Translations under genes and position numbers: made by a program
Source: Gemmatimonadota bacterium
Lineage (GTDB): Bacteria > Gemmatimonadota > Gemmatimonadetes > Gemmatimonadales > GWC2-71-9
Assembly (NCBI GenBank): GCA_036679605.1
Contig: JAZDCZ010000218.1
Span: forward strand, 34,318 to 98,317
Length of the DNA: 64,000 nt
Reading direction: 5' to 3'
The notes under the pieces: model-generated
What the model saw: only the letters and a program-made list of their open reading frames with translations
The model's database searches: none
Told to the model about the DNA's origin: nothing
Shown here: one piece after another, positions 28,552 through 38,791 of the stretch
Layout: every line of letters starts with the position of its first letter
Numbering within the stretch: the first letter of the stretch is position 1

Positions 28552-29601
28552 CTATGCTGCCACTTCGTCGGGAATGATCGAATAGTCTTGTCTCCTGCGC
28601 GCCGCCACGAACCCAGCATCGACGATGTGCCGTCTCATTTCGTCGAGCGTTGTGCAATGGGCGGTGCCGGCTGCGGATACAACGTTTTCTTCGATCATGA
28701 GCGAGCCAAAGTCGTTGCACCCGAACTTCAGAGCGATCTGTCCCACCTTGAGCCCCATGGTGACCCATGAAGCTTGCAAATTCGGAATGTTATCCAGCAC
28801 GATCCGTGAAATCGCCACGGTCCTGAGATACGTCGTAGCGTCTGTCTTGGGCGTCCCCTCCATCTCGGTGTTCTCTGGCTGTAGCGGCCACGTGATGAAC
28901 GCGGTGAACCCGCCGGTTCGCGATTGAACTTCCCGCACCCGCATCAGGTGCTCTATGCGATCGGCTAAACTCTCTCCCAACCCGTACATCATTGTTACGG
29001 ATGTTTTCATTCCTATGCCGTGAGCAAGTTCCATAATCTCTAGCCAGCGATCTGCTCCGGCTTTCTTCTGCGCCACCTTGTCGCGTATTTCCTGTACGAG
29101 TATCTCTCCTCCACCGCCAGGAATCGAGTCGAGCCCGGCAGCTCGCAACTCACCAATTACCTCTTCGGCGCTCATCCGAAATCGCGTCGAGAAGAAGTCT
29201 ACCTCAGACGGCGAGAATCCATGAATATGGATCGGATGGTTCCGCTTCACGTAGCGCATGAGATCGAGATACCACTCGAACGGTATATACGGATTATGAC
29301 CGCCTTGGATAAGGATCTGCACTGCGCCGAGTTCCTTGGCTTCGTCGATCTTCGCGCCGATCGCGTCGAAGGAAAGCACATAGCCCTCATCATGTTTTGG
29401 TCGCCGGTAGAATGCGCAGAACTTGCAATCCGCTACGCAGACATTGGTGTAGTTGATGTTCCGGTCTACGATATAGGTAACGATATCGTCGGAGTGCAGT
29501 TCACGCCGTTTTGAGTCGGCTAGCGCCCCCAACTCCAAGAGAGGAGTCCGCTCGTAGAGATCGAGATAGTCGCGAAAGTCGCTGCTTGTGCGATCAAACA
29601 T
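28552..29601 (-). CDS. mqnC: Cyclic dehypoxanthine futalosine synthase (radical SAM)
   Basis: DRNINYTNVCVADCKFCAF, SIPGGGGEIL, GFTAFITW, NDFGS.MIEENVVSAAG. Confidence 0.92.
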   Translation of the reverse strand: MFDRTSSDFRDYLDLYERTPLLELGALADSKRRELHSDDIVTYIVDRNINYTNVCVADCKFCAFYRRPKHDEGYVLSFDAIGAKIDEAKELGAVQILIQGGHNPYIPFEWYLDLMRYVKRNHPIHIHGFSPSEVDFFSTRFRMSAEEVIGELRAAGLDSIPGGGGEILVQEIRDKVAQKKAGADRWLEIMELAHGIGMKTSVTMMYGLGESLADRIEHLMRVREVQSRTGGFTAFITWPLQPENTEMEGTPKTDATTYLRTVAISRIVLDNIPNLQASWVTMGLKVGQIALKFGCNDFGSLMIEENVVSAAGTAHCTTLDEMRRHIVDAGFVAARRRQDYSIIPDEVAA

Positions 29602-29605
29602 GCGA

Positions 29606-30442
29606 CTAGGCAACCGACAAGAACGACAATGTTCCCTCAGGCACCTTACCTCGTGCAGCAAGTCGACGGAAGAAACTGGTCAGCCCTTCGAGATGTCTGC
29701 CCGAAAGTGCGTAGTCGAGCCCGCTCAAGTACTGTCTGCAGTCGTCTAGGTGCATGCCAGTGTTACGGGCCGCCTCGAGTGCCAAGGCATCTAGGTTTTC
29801 CAGTCCCCATTCGCGGGATTGTATCAGGGCCCGGTGTACTCGACGGACGTCATCAGCATATTGGCCTTGTGTCCCGGCCCGGCGGGCCGCCCACACGGCG
29901 AACACGAAGGGGAGGCCGGTCCAATCCATCCACATTTGACCCAGATCGTATCTGTAGCTGTAGATTTCACGCGCCGCCAATAATAGCGCAGCGTCTCCGA
30001 TCACCAGTACAGCATCGTGCGGAAGTTTGGCCAACGCGTCGATGTCAGACACCTCCGTGCGCGCCACCACGAACTTCGGGTTCACTTCCCAGACGTCACT
30101 GCACAACAGCTCGAGCAGGCGAACAGACGTTCGGGACGACGCAGAGGTGAGTACTGTAGCGCCCTCCAAATCTCGGGCATCACATTGCGAGAACAGAGCA
30201 ACACTGCGTACGGGACCGTCACAGGATATCGCGAGATCCGGAAGCAACTGGTATGCGCCGATATTGCGTGCGTACTCTACTGCCGACACGACCGACACGT
30301 CCAGTTCGCCTGCCGCCAAGAGCCCATTTAGCTCCGACGGTGTACCGGTAACGAGATCGGCGCCCGCGTCCACGATGCCACGATCGATCGCGCCATAGAT
30401 GGGATAGCAGTTTATGTAACCGATTCGTCCAAGCCGCATCAC
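29606..30442 (-). CDS. mqnA: Chorismate dehydratase
   Basis: GRIGYINC.P, GTPSELN, GPVRSV, SRTSV.L, IGDAAL, TGLPFVFAVW. Confidence 0.93.
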   Translation of the reverse strand: MMRLGRIGYINCYPIYGAIDRGIVDAGADLVTGTPSELNGLLAAGELDVSVVSAVEYARNIGAYQLLPDLAISCDGPVRSVALFSQCDARDLEGATVLTSASSRTSVRLLELLCSDVWEVNPKFVVARTEVSDIDALAKLPHDAVLVIGDAALLLAAREIYSYRYDLGQMWMDWTGLPFVFAVWAARRAGTQGQYADDVRRVHRALIQSREWGLENLDALALEAARNTGMHLDDCRQYLSGLDYALSGRHLEGLTSFFRRLAARGKVPEGTLSFLSVA

Positions 30443-31650
30443 GCCCTACCTGTCCCGACCAGTTCAACCAGTCCGGAAGAGCCATGTCTTGGCCCTGTCT
30501 CACAGATCTCCGGAAGGGGCGTATCATCATTACCAAAGGTTCGCACAATTTCATAGCGAGAACTGCGTTCTGTGGGGACCTTTCCGGCATCTTTAATAAG
30601 CCGCACTAGATCGCCATATGACATCATCATCGGAGTCGTAGCCCCTGCGTCATGATAGACCCGCTCGAAGACCACAGTACCCTCAACGTCATCACATCCA
30701 AATTCTAGGGAAAGCTGTGAGATAAACGGCGTTACCATTGGCCAGTGGGTCTTGACGTGCGCGATATTATCGAGCAACAACCGACCAATAGCCACATTCT
30801 TTAGGTCTTCAAAACCTGTCGTGGCTGTACCACACCGGTTCATCTCTTCTCCGAGAACGTTGTGATCGGGGTGATAAGCCAGCGGAATGTACGTGAGAAA
30901 TCCACCCGTTTCGTCTTGGAGTTCACGCAACATCACAAGGTGCTCGATTCGGTCGGTTGCTGTCTCAACATGGCCATAGAGCATTGTGCAGTTGGTGGGT
31001 ATATCTAGACCATGAGCCTCCCTATGGACCCGCAACCAATCATCGGCGATGAGCTTGCGGTCTGCGATACTCGACCTTACCGCCTCACTAAATACTTCTG
31101 CTCCACCGCCGGGCAAACTAGTGAGACCGGCATCTTTCAGCTGTTGCAAGACATCGACCGTTGTAATTCTCTCGATTCGAGCAAGGTGTGCGATCTCGAC
31201 TGCAGTTAACGCCTTGATGTCTACATCGGGATGCCGTTCACGCAATCCACGAATCATGTCGAGGTAATAGGATAGCCTTAGCTTCGGATGAAGTCCTCCA
31301 ACAACGTGAAACTCACGCGTCGGGTTGCGGTGAGCAGACTCTGCCTCCGCAAAGACTTCTTCAAGCGATCGAGTGTAAGCGCCGTTTTCCTTCGGCATAC
31401 GTGCAAACGAACAGAACACACATGTGTTTCTTAGGATACAAACATTAGTAGGATTGAGATGCTGATTAGCTGAGAAGAAGACCCGGTCGCCATTTACGCG
31501 GTAGTTGGCCGCGTTCGCCAGCGCACCGATTCCGATCAGGTCATTGCTGTCGTAAAGTAATAGGCCGTCCTCACGACTCAATCGTACTCCCGCCTCTACC
31601 TTGTCGGCGATCGGCAGTAGCCGCGAATCCGAAATCACGCGTCGCTTCAT
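30439..31650 (-). CDS. mqnE: Aminofutalosine synthase (radical SAM)
   Basis: NPTNVCILRNTCVFCSF, HVVGGLHP, KALTAVEI, PGGGAEVF, TMLYGHVE, IPLAYHP. Confidence 0.9.
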   Translation of the reverse strand: MKRRVISDSRLLPIADKVEAGVRLSREDGLLLYDSNDLIGIGALANAANYRVNGDRVFFSANQHLNPTNVCILRNTCVFCSFARMPKENGAYTRSLEEVFAEAESAHRNPTREFHVVGGLHPKLRLSYYLDMIRGLRERHPDVDIKALTAVEIAHLARIERITTVDVLQQLKDAGLTSLPGGGAEVFSEAVRSSIADRKLIADDWLRVHREAHGLDIPTNCTMLYGHVETATDRIEHLVMLRELQDETGGFLTYIPLAYHPDHNVLGEEMNRCGTATTGFEDLKNVAIGRLLLDNIAHVKTHWPMVTPFISQLSLEFGCDDVEGTVVFERVYHDAGATTPMMMSYGDLVRLIKDAGKVPTERSSRYEIVRTFGNDDTPLPEICETGPRHGSSGLVELVGTGRA

Positions 31651-31653
31651 TGC

Positions 31654-32895
31654 TCAGGGTTGGTACTTGCGCACTGCCAAAGTAGCATTGTGACCGCCGA
31701 ACCCGAATGAATTCGAGAGCGCGACGTTCACTTCCCTTTTGACGGCTTGGTTTGGTGCACAATCCAGATCGCACTCGGGGTCGGTGTTGTCCTGGTTGAT
31801 CGTCGGTGGAATAATGCCACGTTCCATTGCAAGTACGCAGATCACGAACTCTAGTCCACCCGCAGCTCCCAACAGATGTCCCGTCATCGATTTCGTGGAC
31901 CCCATCACCAGCTCCCGAGCATGGTCACCGAATACTTGTTTGACTGCTTTGGTCTCGGCAATGTCACCAAATGGAGTCGAAGTACCGTGTGCGTTGATGT
32001 AATCTACGGAGGCAGGCTCGAGATCTGCCTCGTCTAGACATTCTTCCATCGCACGTCTTGCACCTTCGCCCCCAGCAGATGGCTGAGTCATGTGGTACGC
32101 GTCCGCGCTCAAGCCGTAACCCAGGATCTCGCCATAGATCTTAGCGCCGCGGCTGACTGCTTCATCCAAAGCTTCGAGGACGACGATGCCTGAACCGTCT
32201 CCCATGACGAACCCATCCCGATCTCGATCGAACGGGCGAGATGCCTTCTCCGGTTCGTCGTTTCTAGTTGACAGTGCTTTCATATTGGAAAAGCCAGACA
32301 AAGACAGTGGAGTAATCGCAGCCTCGGCTCCCCCAGCTACCATCACATCGGCGGTGCCCGACTGAATCAGTCTGAACGATTCACCGATGGCATGCGCCGA
32401 GGAGGCACACGCCGATACCGTGCAGTAGTTGGGACCCTTCGCCCCTAGTCGAATGGACACGAGCCCTGCGGCCATGTTCGGAATAAACATCGGGATGAAA
32501 AACGGAGATACTCGCTTGGGACCTTTTTCCAAGAACAGCTTGCATTGCTCTTCGAAGGTCCAGATCCCGCCAATGCCACTTCCGATTATCACACCGGCTC
32601 GATCGGGCTTCGGAAAGGTGCCGTTGAACCCGGCGTGCCGAACCGCCATATCTGCCGCCGAAACGCCGTATTGTGCATAACGGTCCGCGCGCTTCGCTTC
32701 CTTGCGGTCCATGTGCTCCGACGGATCGAACGTCCAGCACTCACAGGCAAAACGAACGTCCATATCCGACGCATCAAAACGCTCTATCTGCCCTGCACCA
32801 GAACGCCCTGCGACGAGCCCTTCCCAAGTTTCCTCTGCGGTATTCCCAAGAGCGGATACGACTCCCATCCCGGTTACGACTACTCTGCGCTTCAA
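31654..32895 (-). CDS. fabF: 3-oxoacyl-ACP synthase II
   Basis: VSACASS, YINAHGTST, STKSMTGHLLGAAG, SNSFGFGGHN. Confidence 0.98.
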   Translation of the reverse strand: MKRRVVVTGMGVVSALGNTAEETWEGLVAGRSGAGQIERFDASDMDVRFACECWTFDPSEHMDRKEAKRADRYAQYGVSAADMAVRHAGFNGTFPKPDRAGVIIGSGIGGIWTFEEQCKLFLEKGPKRVSPFFIPMFIPNMAAGLVSIRLGAKGPNYCTVSACASSAHAIGESFRLIQSGTADVMVAGGAEAAITPLSLSGFSNMKALSTRNDEPEKASRPFDRDRDGFVMGDGSGIVVLEALDEAVSRGAKIYGEILGYGLSADAYHMTQPSAGGEGARRAMEECLDEADLEPASVDYINAHGTSTPFGDIAETKAVKQVFGDHARELVMGSTKSMTGHLLGAAGGLEFVICVLAMERGIIPPTINQDNTDPECDLDCAPNQAVKREVNVALSNSFGFGGHNATLAVRKYQP

Positions 32896-32900
32896 AAGAT

Positions 32901-33140
32901 CTACGATTCCGTCCGCTCGTGCAAATACTTGAGCGCCTCTCCCACCGTGCGAAGCTTCTCAGCATCCTCGTCGGGGATATCGACGTCGAATTCCTTTTCA
33001 AACGCCATTACCAACTCGACCGTGTCCAAGCTGTCCGCCCCGAGATCGTCCATGAAGCTCGCTTCGTCGGTTACCTTCTCCCGTTCAACGCCCAGTTCCT
33101 CGACAATGATGTCTTTTACTTTATCGTCGATGTCGCTCAT
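32901..33140 (-). CDS. acpP: Acyl carrier protein
   Basis: [17 protein letters not shown]. Confidence 0.98.
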   Translation of the reverse strand: MSDIDDKVKDIIVEELGVEREKVTDEASFMDDLGADSLDTVELVMAFEKEFDVDIPDEDAEKLRTVGEALKYLHERTES

Positions 33141-33163
33141 TTTCTCCTCGTCGTTAGTGGATG

Positions 33164-33907
33164 TCACATTACCATGCCGCCGTCTACCACGAGCACTTGC
33201 CCCGTAATGTAGCTAGCAAGATCCGATACCAAGAATGCTACTGCATCGGCTACGTCGCCAGTGGATCCGAGCCTACTCAGGGGGATCTGCTCGAGCAACG
33301 CCTTGCGGGCTTGCTCCGGTAGATCCTTAGTCATGTCCGTATCGATGAAGCCCGGAGCAATCGCGTTCACAAGAATGTTGCGACTGGCAAGCTCTTTTGC
33401 CACTGCCTTTGTGAAACCAATCAAGCCAGCCTTCGAAGCCGCGTAATTAGCTTGGCCGGGATTACCGGTTAAACCGACCACACTCGTCACGTTGACTATC
33501 CGGCCGGCACGGCGTTTCATCATCCCTCTTGCCACAATCTTGACTGTGTTGAAAGCCCCCTTGAGATTCACGTCTAGCACGGTATCCCAGGCCTCGTCAC
33601 TCATCCTGACCAACAGACCGTCTCTGGTAAGCCCAGCGTTATTGACGAGGATGTCGATTGGGCCCAAAATCTTCTCGACACTTGCGACTGCCTGGCGTAC
33701 CTGATCTGGTTGGCTAACGTCAGCGCCGACGCCCAGAGCCTTCCCATCGCCTGCCGCCAGATCCTCCGCAGCCTCCTTCGCTTTCGACTCGTTGCGGGCG
33801 AGGACGGCCACTTGCGCCCCGCATCCGACCATCTTTGCAGCGATCGCCCGCCCAATGCCACGGGACCCACCAGTAACCAGCGCTGTCTTGCCCGACAGGT
33901 CGATCAC
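33164..33907 (-). CDS. fabG: 3-oxoacyl-ACP reductase
   Basis: [38 protein letters not shown]. Confidence 0.97.
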   Translation of the reverse strand: MIDLSGKTALVTGGSRGIGRAIAAKMVGCGAQVAVLARNESKAKEAAEDLAAGDGKALGVGADVSQPDQVRQAVASVEKILGPIDILVNNAGLTRDGLLVRMSDEAWDTVLDVNLKGAFNTVKIVARGMMKRRAGRIVNVTSVVGLTGNPGQANYAASKAGLIGFTKAVAKELASRNILVNAIAPGFIDTDMTKDLPEQARKALLEQIPLSRLGSTGDVADAVAFLVSDLASYITGQVLVVDGGMVM

Positions 33908-34839
33908 GCCGCCTCCATGAACTTATCGACATCTTTGGCGCTACCGACAGCCACCGACTCCTTGGCCTGAACGATCCGCCTCACCAAACCCGTCAGTACC
34001 TTCCCCGGCCCTACTTCCACAAACCGGATCTCGTCGCCTGCGTCCCGGGCAATACGCTGCATTGAGGAGGCCCACCTTACCGGTGAAGTAAGTTGCTCCG
34101 CAAGAAGATCGGCAGCCGTTCCCGCATCGCTCACTGGCTCACCTGTCGCGTTAGCTACTATCGGAAAGACCGGATCGGCTAGCGAAACGGACGCCAGTTC
34201 CTCAGCCAGTCCGAGTCGCGCCGGTTCCATGAGCGGTGAGTGGAATGCGCCGCTCACCTTGAGCGGCAAGATTCTCTTGGCACCGGCGTCCTTGCAGCGT
34301 GTCCCCGCCTCGGTCACTGCATCCGGGTCACCCGATATGACTGTCTGGTCGGTAGTGTTGATATTGGCGGGAACAACGACCTTGCCATCTCTACTACATG
34401 CTTCACAAAGTTCCTGCACCCGTTCAATATCGAGACCGAGCACCACCACCATCCCTCCCGGTCTAGCCTTACCAGCCTCCAGCATCAACTCGCCGCGGCG
34501 TCGCACTAGGCGCGCCGCGTCCGATACACTTAGAGCGCCGGCTGCGGCATACGCACTGTACTCTCCCAACGAATGACCCGCACCAAACCGAGGACCTAGC
34601 ACGCTACCGATTACCGAATACACGGCGAGGGTGTGGGTGAGAATTGCCGGCTGGGCGTTATGGGTCAGAGTTAGCTCGGCTGCGGGACCCTGCCACATGA
34701 GATTTGAGAGGCCGAACGTCAACGCCTCATCCACCTCCTCAAAGACCCTGCACGCCTGAGGAAACGTCTCAGCCAGGTCCTTACCCATCCCCACATGCTG
34801 CGTTCCCTGCCCAGGACAGAGCAAAACCGAACTCACCAT
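33904..34839 (-). CDS. fabD: Malonyl-CoA-ACP transacylase
   Basis: PGQGTQ, GHSLGEYSA, VSGAFHSPLM, EVGPGKVL. Confidence 0.97.
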   Translation of the reverse strand: MVSSVLLCPGQGTQHVGMGKDLAETFPQACRVFEEVDEALTFGLSNLMWQGPAAELTLTHNAQPAILTHTLAVYSVIGSVLGPRFGAGHSLGEYSAYAAAGALSVSDAARLVRRRGELMLEAGKARPGGMVVVLGLDIERVQELCEACSRDGKVVVPANINTTDQTVISGDPDAVTEAGTRCKDAGAKRILPLKVSGAFHSPLMEPARLGLAEELASVSLADPVFPIVANATGEPVSDAGTAADLLAEQLTSPVRWASSMQRIARDAGDEIRFVEVGPGKVLTGLVRRIVQAKESVAVGSAKDVDKFMEAA

Positions 34840-35837
34840 CGCAGGACCACACTTGCCCAGGTTAGCCCGCCGCCGAATGCCACCAGAAGGACGTTGCTGC
34901 CAGAAGCGATTACCCCAGATCGCACACACTCATCCAACGCCAGCGGGATCGATGCCGCGGACGTGTTGCCGTACCGATCGAGGTTCATGTAGAGTTTCTC
35001 GAGAGGGATGCCCGCGTGCTTGGCAGTCGCTTGAAGAATACGGAGGTTTGCCTGATGTGGGATCAGAACATCGATATCGTCCGCAGTAAGTCCCGCCTGC
35101 TCGAGCGCCCGGTCACATGCATCGGCCATCGACAGCACCGCCGCCTTGAAGACTTCGCGACCCGCCATCTTGATGAAGTACCCACGCTCGTCAATCAGCT
35201 TCTGATCAGGTGGATGGGCGCTACCTCCGCCAGGCCGATAAAGCAAATGGGCCAGCGTTCCATCAGACTTGATGTAAGTGGACAGTACTCCCCTGCCACC
35301 ATTCGACGCCGGTCGTACCAGAGTGGCCCCGGCACCGTCACCGAAAAGAATAGCCGTGGTGCGGTCTTCGTAGTTAGTGATCCTCGAGAGCCGCTCGGCA
35401 CCCACCGCAAGAATGTTTTCAGCCCGTCCACTGGCAACTAGGCCTTCAGCTACCGTCACGGCATAGAGAAAACCGCTGCAAGCAGCTCCGACGTCAAACG
35501 CCGCCGCGTTTTTCGCACCAAGAAGCGCCTGGAGGTCACATGCGGTGGACGGAAGAAGGCGATCTGGGGTTGCGGTCCCCATGACGATCGCGTCGATATC
35601 GAGCGGAGCTAGACCAACATCGTCAAGCACTTGTCTGCAAGCAACGCTGGACATGTACGCCACTGTCTCGCTGTCGTCGGCGATGTGCCGCTCTCTAATT
35701 CCGGTGCGCTCACGGATCCACTCGTCCGACGTATCGAGCATCTGCTCAAAGTCGGCATTGGTTAGCACCTTCTTGGGCGTGTACCGACCGGTGCCCACGA
35801 GTTCTACAATCGGTCGGTTCACACCGCCACTCTTCAA
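34833..35837 (-). CDS. fabH: 3-oxoacyl-ACP synthase III (start may be a downstream GTG)
   Basis: DTSDEWIRERTGI, AACSGF, LFGDGAGA, PHQAN, YGNTSAASIP. Confidence 0.97.
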   Translation of the reverse strand: MKSGGVNRPIVELVGTGRYTPKKVLTNADFEQMLDTSDEWIRERTGIRERHIADDSETVAYMSSVACRQVLDDVGLAPLDIDAIVMGTATPDRLLPSTACDLQALLGAKNAAAFDVGAACSGFLYAVTVAEGLVASGRAENILAVGAERLSRITNYEDRTTAILFGDGAGATLVRPASNGGRGVLSTYIKSDGTLAHLLYRPGGGSAHPPDQKLIDERGYFIKMAGREVFKAAVLSMADACDRALEQAGLTADDIDVLIPHQANLRILQATAKHAGIPLEKLYMNLDRYGNTSAASIPLALDECVRSGVIASGSNVLLVAFGGGLTWASVVLRW

Positions 35838-36016
35838 ACGTCCTCTATCTCGATGCGCTTCTCGCCGCCATAATAGCCACAGGTCGGACAGACTCTGTGT
35901 GGGCGCCGTGGATCACCACACCGCTCACACGGTTGTACTGCTACAGCGGCCGCTCGGTCGTGAGTCCTACGCTTACGCTTACGGCTCTTGGATGTCCTTC
36001 GCTTCGGTACCGCCAT
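35834..36016 (-). CDS. rpmF: 50S ribosomal protein L32 (Zn-ribbon form)
   Basis: MAVPKRRTSK, CERC..PHRVCPTCGYY. Confidence 0.97.
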   Translation of the reverse strand: MAVPKRRTSKSRKRKRRTHDRAAAVAVQPCERCGDPRRPHRVCPTCGYYGGEKRIEIEDV

Positions 36017-36534
36017 TACTTCCTCTCGTCTGACTGACCCGACCTGAGCACTTCCAGCGCAGCCCAGCGTGGGTCGGATTCGTTATTCCCGCAGCTACAT
36101 GAACTTTCGTTGAAATCAGTACCACAAACCGGACACAAGCCGCGACATTTTTGATCGCAAAGTACATAGCCCGGCACCGCTAGTATTAGCTCTTCCCGCA
36201 CGGCCTCACTCGGGTCCAACCCCCCGGACCGGGGCGGGATCAGATACGCTGACGGATCGTTTGCCTCTTCGTCCTCAGTAAACAGTACCTCTATCTGCTG
36301 ATCCACCGGCACCTCGACGGGCTTTAGACAGCGACGACAGGCACTCCTAGCAACTGTCCGCAACCTACCATGCCAATAGAATCGACCGCTCCCGGCCTCC
36401 ATGATCCTACCGCTCAACTGGACTGGCTCGTCCAGTTCCAACTCAACGTTCTGAAAGCAGGGATCGTCGGCCGGCACCGCCTGAGACATATCGATCGGCC
36501 CCCTGCGGAGAGCCCCGAGGTCAATCCGCAACAT
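36016..36534 (-). CDS. DUF177/YceD family protein
   Basis: CRRCL, LC..KCRGLCPVCG, DPRWAAL; upstream of rpmF. Confidence 0.93.
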   Translation of the reverse strand: MLRIDLGALRRGPIDMSQAVPADDPCFQNVELELDEPVQLSGRIMEAGSGRFYWHGRLRTVARSACRRCLKPVEVPVDQQIEVLFTEDEEANDPSAYLIPPRSGGLDPSEAVREELILAVPGYVLCDQKCRGLCPVCGTDFNESSCSCGNNESDPRWAALEVLRSGQSDERK

Positions 36535-36567
36535 AACCTGTAAATGTATCTCCGACAGTTACTTGCG

Positions 36568-37002
36568 TCAACGATGGCCGGAAGACCAGAGTCCCCTCAC
36601 CTCGCCCTCAGCAAAAAAGAATCCGATCTCATTCCGGGCGTTCTCCGAAGAATCCGATGCGTGTATCGCGTTGCGCTCCTTGGATTCCGCGTATAGCCGC
36701 CGCACTGTGCTCTCGTCTGCCTCCGCTGGGTCTGTGGCTCCAATCACCTCACGAAGATGCTGAACAGCGTCGTCGCGCTCTAGCATCATCGGAAGGCATG
36801 GTCCGGACGTCATGAACGAGACCAGCGAGGTGTAGAACGGACGTTCCCGATGAATCTCGTAAAAAGCCTCGGCCTGAGATTGCGACAGACGGACCATCTT
36901 CGCGCAACGGAGTTCGAACCCAGCTGCCTCCAAATGAGCAATGATCTTTCCCGCTTTTCCAGCGGCTACGGCATCGGGTTTGATAATGGCTAATGTATAC
37001 AT
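36568..37002 (-). CDS. ndk: Nucleoside diphosphate kinase
   Basis: TLAIIKPDAV, FY..H.ERPF, IGATDP, NAIHASDS. Confidence 0.98.
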   Translation of the reverse strand: MYTLAIIKPDAVAAGKAGKIIAHLEAAGFELRCAKMVRLSQSQAEAFYEIHRERPFYTSLVSFMTSGPCLPMMLERDDAVQHLREVIGATDPAEADESTVRRLYAESKERNAIHASDSSENARNEIGFFFAEGEVRGLWSSGHR

Positions 37003-37025
37003 CGCAACAATCTATTAGTGGGCTG

Positions 37026-37919
37026 TTATCGGCCAAAAAGTCGACGGACGATATCACCTCTGGTTAGAAAACCAACTAGCGCCCCGTCACGCACGACAGG
37101 AAAACGGTCTACCTTTCTACTCTGCATCATGTTAGCAACTTCAGCAACGGTTTGATCTTCTGACAGACATAGTACGCTGCGCTCCATCACCTCTCGCACA
37201 GCCATGTCGCTAGGATCTTCGAGCTGGGCCTCAGCCTCTGCAGAACCGAATTCGCCAGTGAGACGCTTTACGTGAACTGGAAGCATATACTGTAACAACA
37301 CAGCGTGCGTCACCATCCCCAGCACTTCGTTTGTATCAGAAGCCACCAGAACCGAAGGAACGTTCTGGTCAACCATAACCTTCGCTACCTCTCCAAGCGT
37401 CGCATCTGGACGCACTTTGACCTGACGCCTCACCATGACATCGCGAACGGTGAGGTACCCTAGCAGTTCGATCTCGCACAAGGGTTGGATCGCCAACACC
37501 TCCGCCGCCGACTTCGCCACCAGCAATGGCTCTACTATCTCATCACGACCCAGAGCACGAGAGAACGCATTGACGGCTCTCAAAAAATGCGAGGAATCCG
37601 ATGGCGGTGCTGCGATTAGCAACACTATCCGGGCGGTTTTCGCTGCATCGTGTTCGCGGTGCATAGGTTGGGCGGCAATACCCATCCCGGCAACCAGTTT
37701 CGGTACCGCCTCTGTGCGGAAATACAGTAGGAAGGCTTGTCCCACGGTAACTACATCGCGCGGCAGTGTCTCCGCGACAAGCTCTTCAACTTTCGCCACG
37801 TCCTCAATCGCACCGCTCGACACAAGTGCTCGAAGGAGAGAGTCTGCGGCCAAGCGCAGCGTCTCTCCTTCGATAGAAACCACGACATGCTCCGGCGGGA
37901 GTAGATCGATCAGCTTCAC
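37026..37919 (-). CDS. PTS EIIA-like domain fused to tandem CBS domains
   Basis: N-terminus MKLIDLLPPEHVVV...LVAGMGIA..RIVLLIAAP resembles EIIA(Ntr/Fru); C-terminal VRDVM../VREVM..RFPVVRDGALVGFLTRGDI CBS pair. Confidence 0.75.
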   Translation of the reverse strand: MKLIDLLPPEHVVVSIEGETLRLAADSLLRALVSSGAIEDVAKVEELVAETLPRDVVTVGQAFLLYFRTEAVPKLVAGMGIAAQPMHREHDAAKTARIVLLIAAPPSDSSHFLRAVNAFSRALGRDEIVEPLLVAKSAAEVLAIQPLCEIELLGYLTVRDVMVRRQVKVRPDATLGEVAKVMVDQNVPSVLVASDTNEVLGMVTHAVLLQYMLPVHVKRLTGEFGSAEAEAQLEDPSDMAVREVMERSVLCLSEDQTVAEVANMMQSRKVDRFPVVRDGALVGFLTRGDIVRRLFGR

Positions 37920-38791
37920 TATTGTCCTATTCCCTGCAATAAGGCCACTACGTCAGCAGGTCGCTTCATGACTTCGATCCCTGCCTCCTTGAGCGCCTCC
38001 ATTTTCTCAGCCGCAGTGCCGGACGCTCCCGAGATAATAGCTCCCGCATGACCCATGCGACGACCGGGCGGTGCGGTCTGACCGGCGATAAACCCGATCA
38101 CTGGTTTGGTTACTTTGTCAGCCACGTACGCTGCGGCTTCCTGCTCCGCCGTCCCCCCGATCTCACCTATCATGACGATCGCACCTGTATCTGGATCCTC
38201 CTGAAATGCGGACAGGCAGTCAACGAAGTTTGTGCCGACAATCGGGTCCCCTCCAATTCCCACACAACTAGACTGGCCCTGACCGTTTTCGGTCAACTGA
38301 TGAATAATCTCATAGGTTAGCGTTCCGCTTCTCGAGACCACTCCGACACCACCCTCCGTACAAATCTGGCCAGGGATGATGCCGACCTTGGAACGTCCGG
38401 GAGATATCAGACCGGGACAATTTGGTCCGATCAGACGAGCCCCGCGCTCGCGTACATAAGGCGCTACGCGCGTCATGTCCAGCACAGGTATCCCCTCGGT
38501 GATGCATATGATAAGCTTGATGCCGGCATCCGCCGCTTCGTATATCGCATCTGCCGCAAACCTTGCCGGCACATAGATCACCGAGGCATTGCCTCCCATC
38601 TCCCTAACAGCATCACTGACAGTGTCAAAGATCGGAACTTGCCCCTCGAACTCCTGTCCACCCTTGCCGGGTGTCACTCCCGCTACGACATCGGTTCCGT
38701 ACTCGATCATTTGCTTGGAGTGAAACGAACCGTCGCGACCTGTGATGCCCTGAACGACGAGCTTCGTCTGCTTGTCGATGAATATGCTCAC
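37919..38791 (-). CDS. sucD: Succinyl-CoA synthetase alpha subunit
   Basis: [35 protein letters not shown]. Confidence 0.98.
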   Translation of the reverse strand: MSIFIDKQTKLVVQGITGRDGSFHSKQMIEYGTDVVAGVTPGKGGQEFEGQVPIFDTVSDAVREMGGNASVIYVPARFAADAIYEAADAGIKLIICITEGIPVLDMTRVAPYVRERGARLIGPNCPGLISPGRSKVGIIPGQICTEGGVGVVSRSGTLTYEIIHQLTENGQGQSSCVGIGGDPIVGTNFVDCLSAFQEDPDTGAIVMIGEIGGTAEQEAAAYVADKVTKPVIGFIAGQTAPPGRRMGHAGAIISGASGTAAEKMEALKEAGIEVMKRPADVVALLQGIGQ

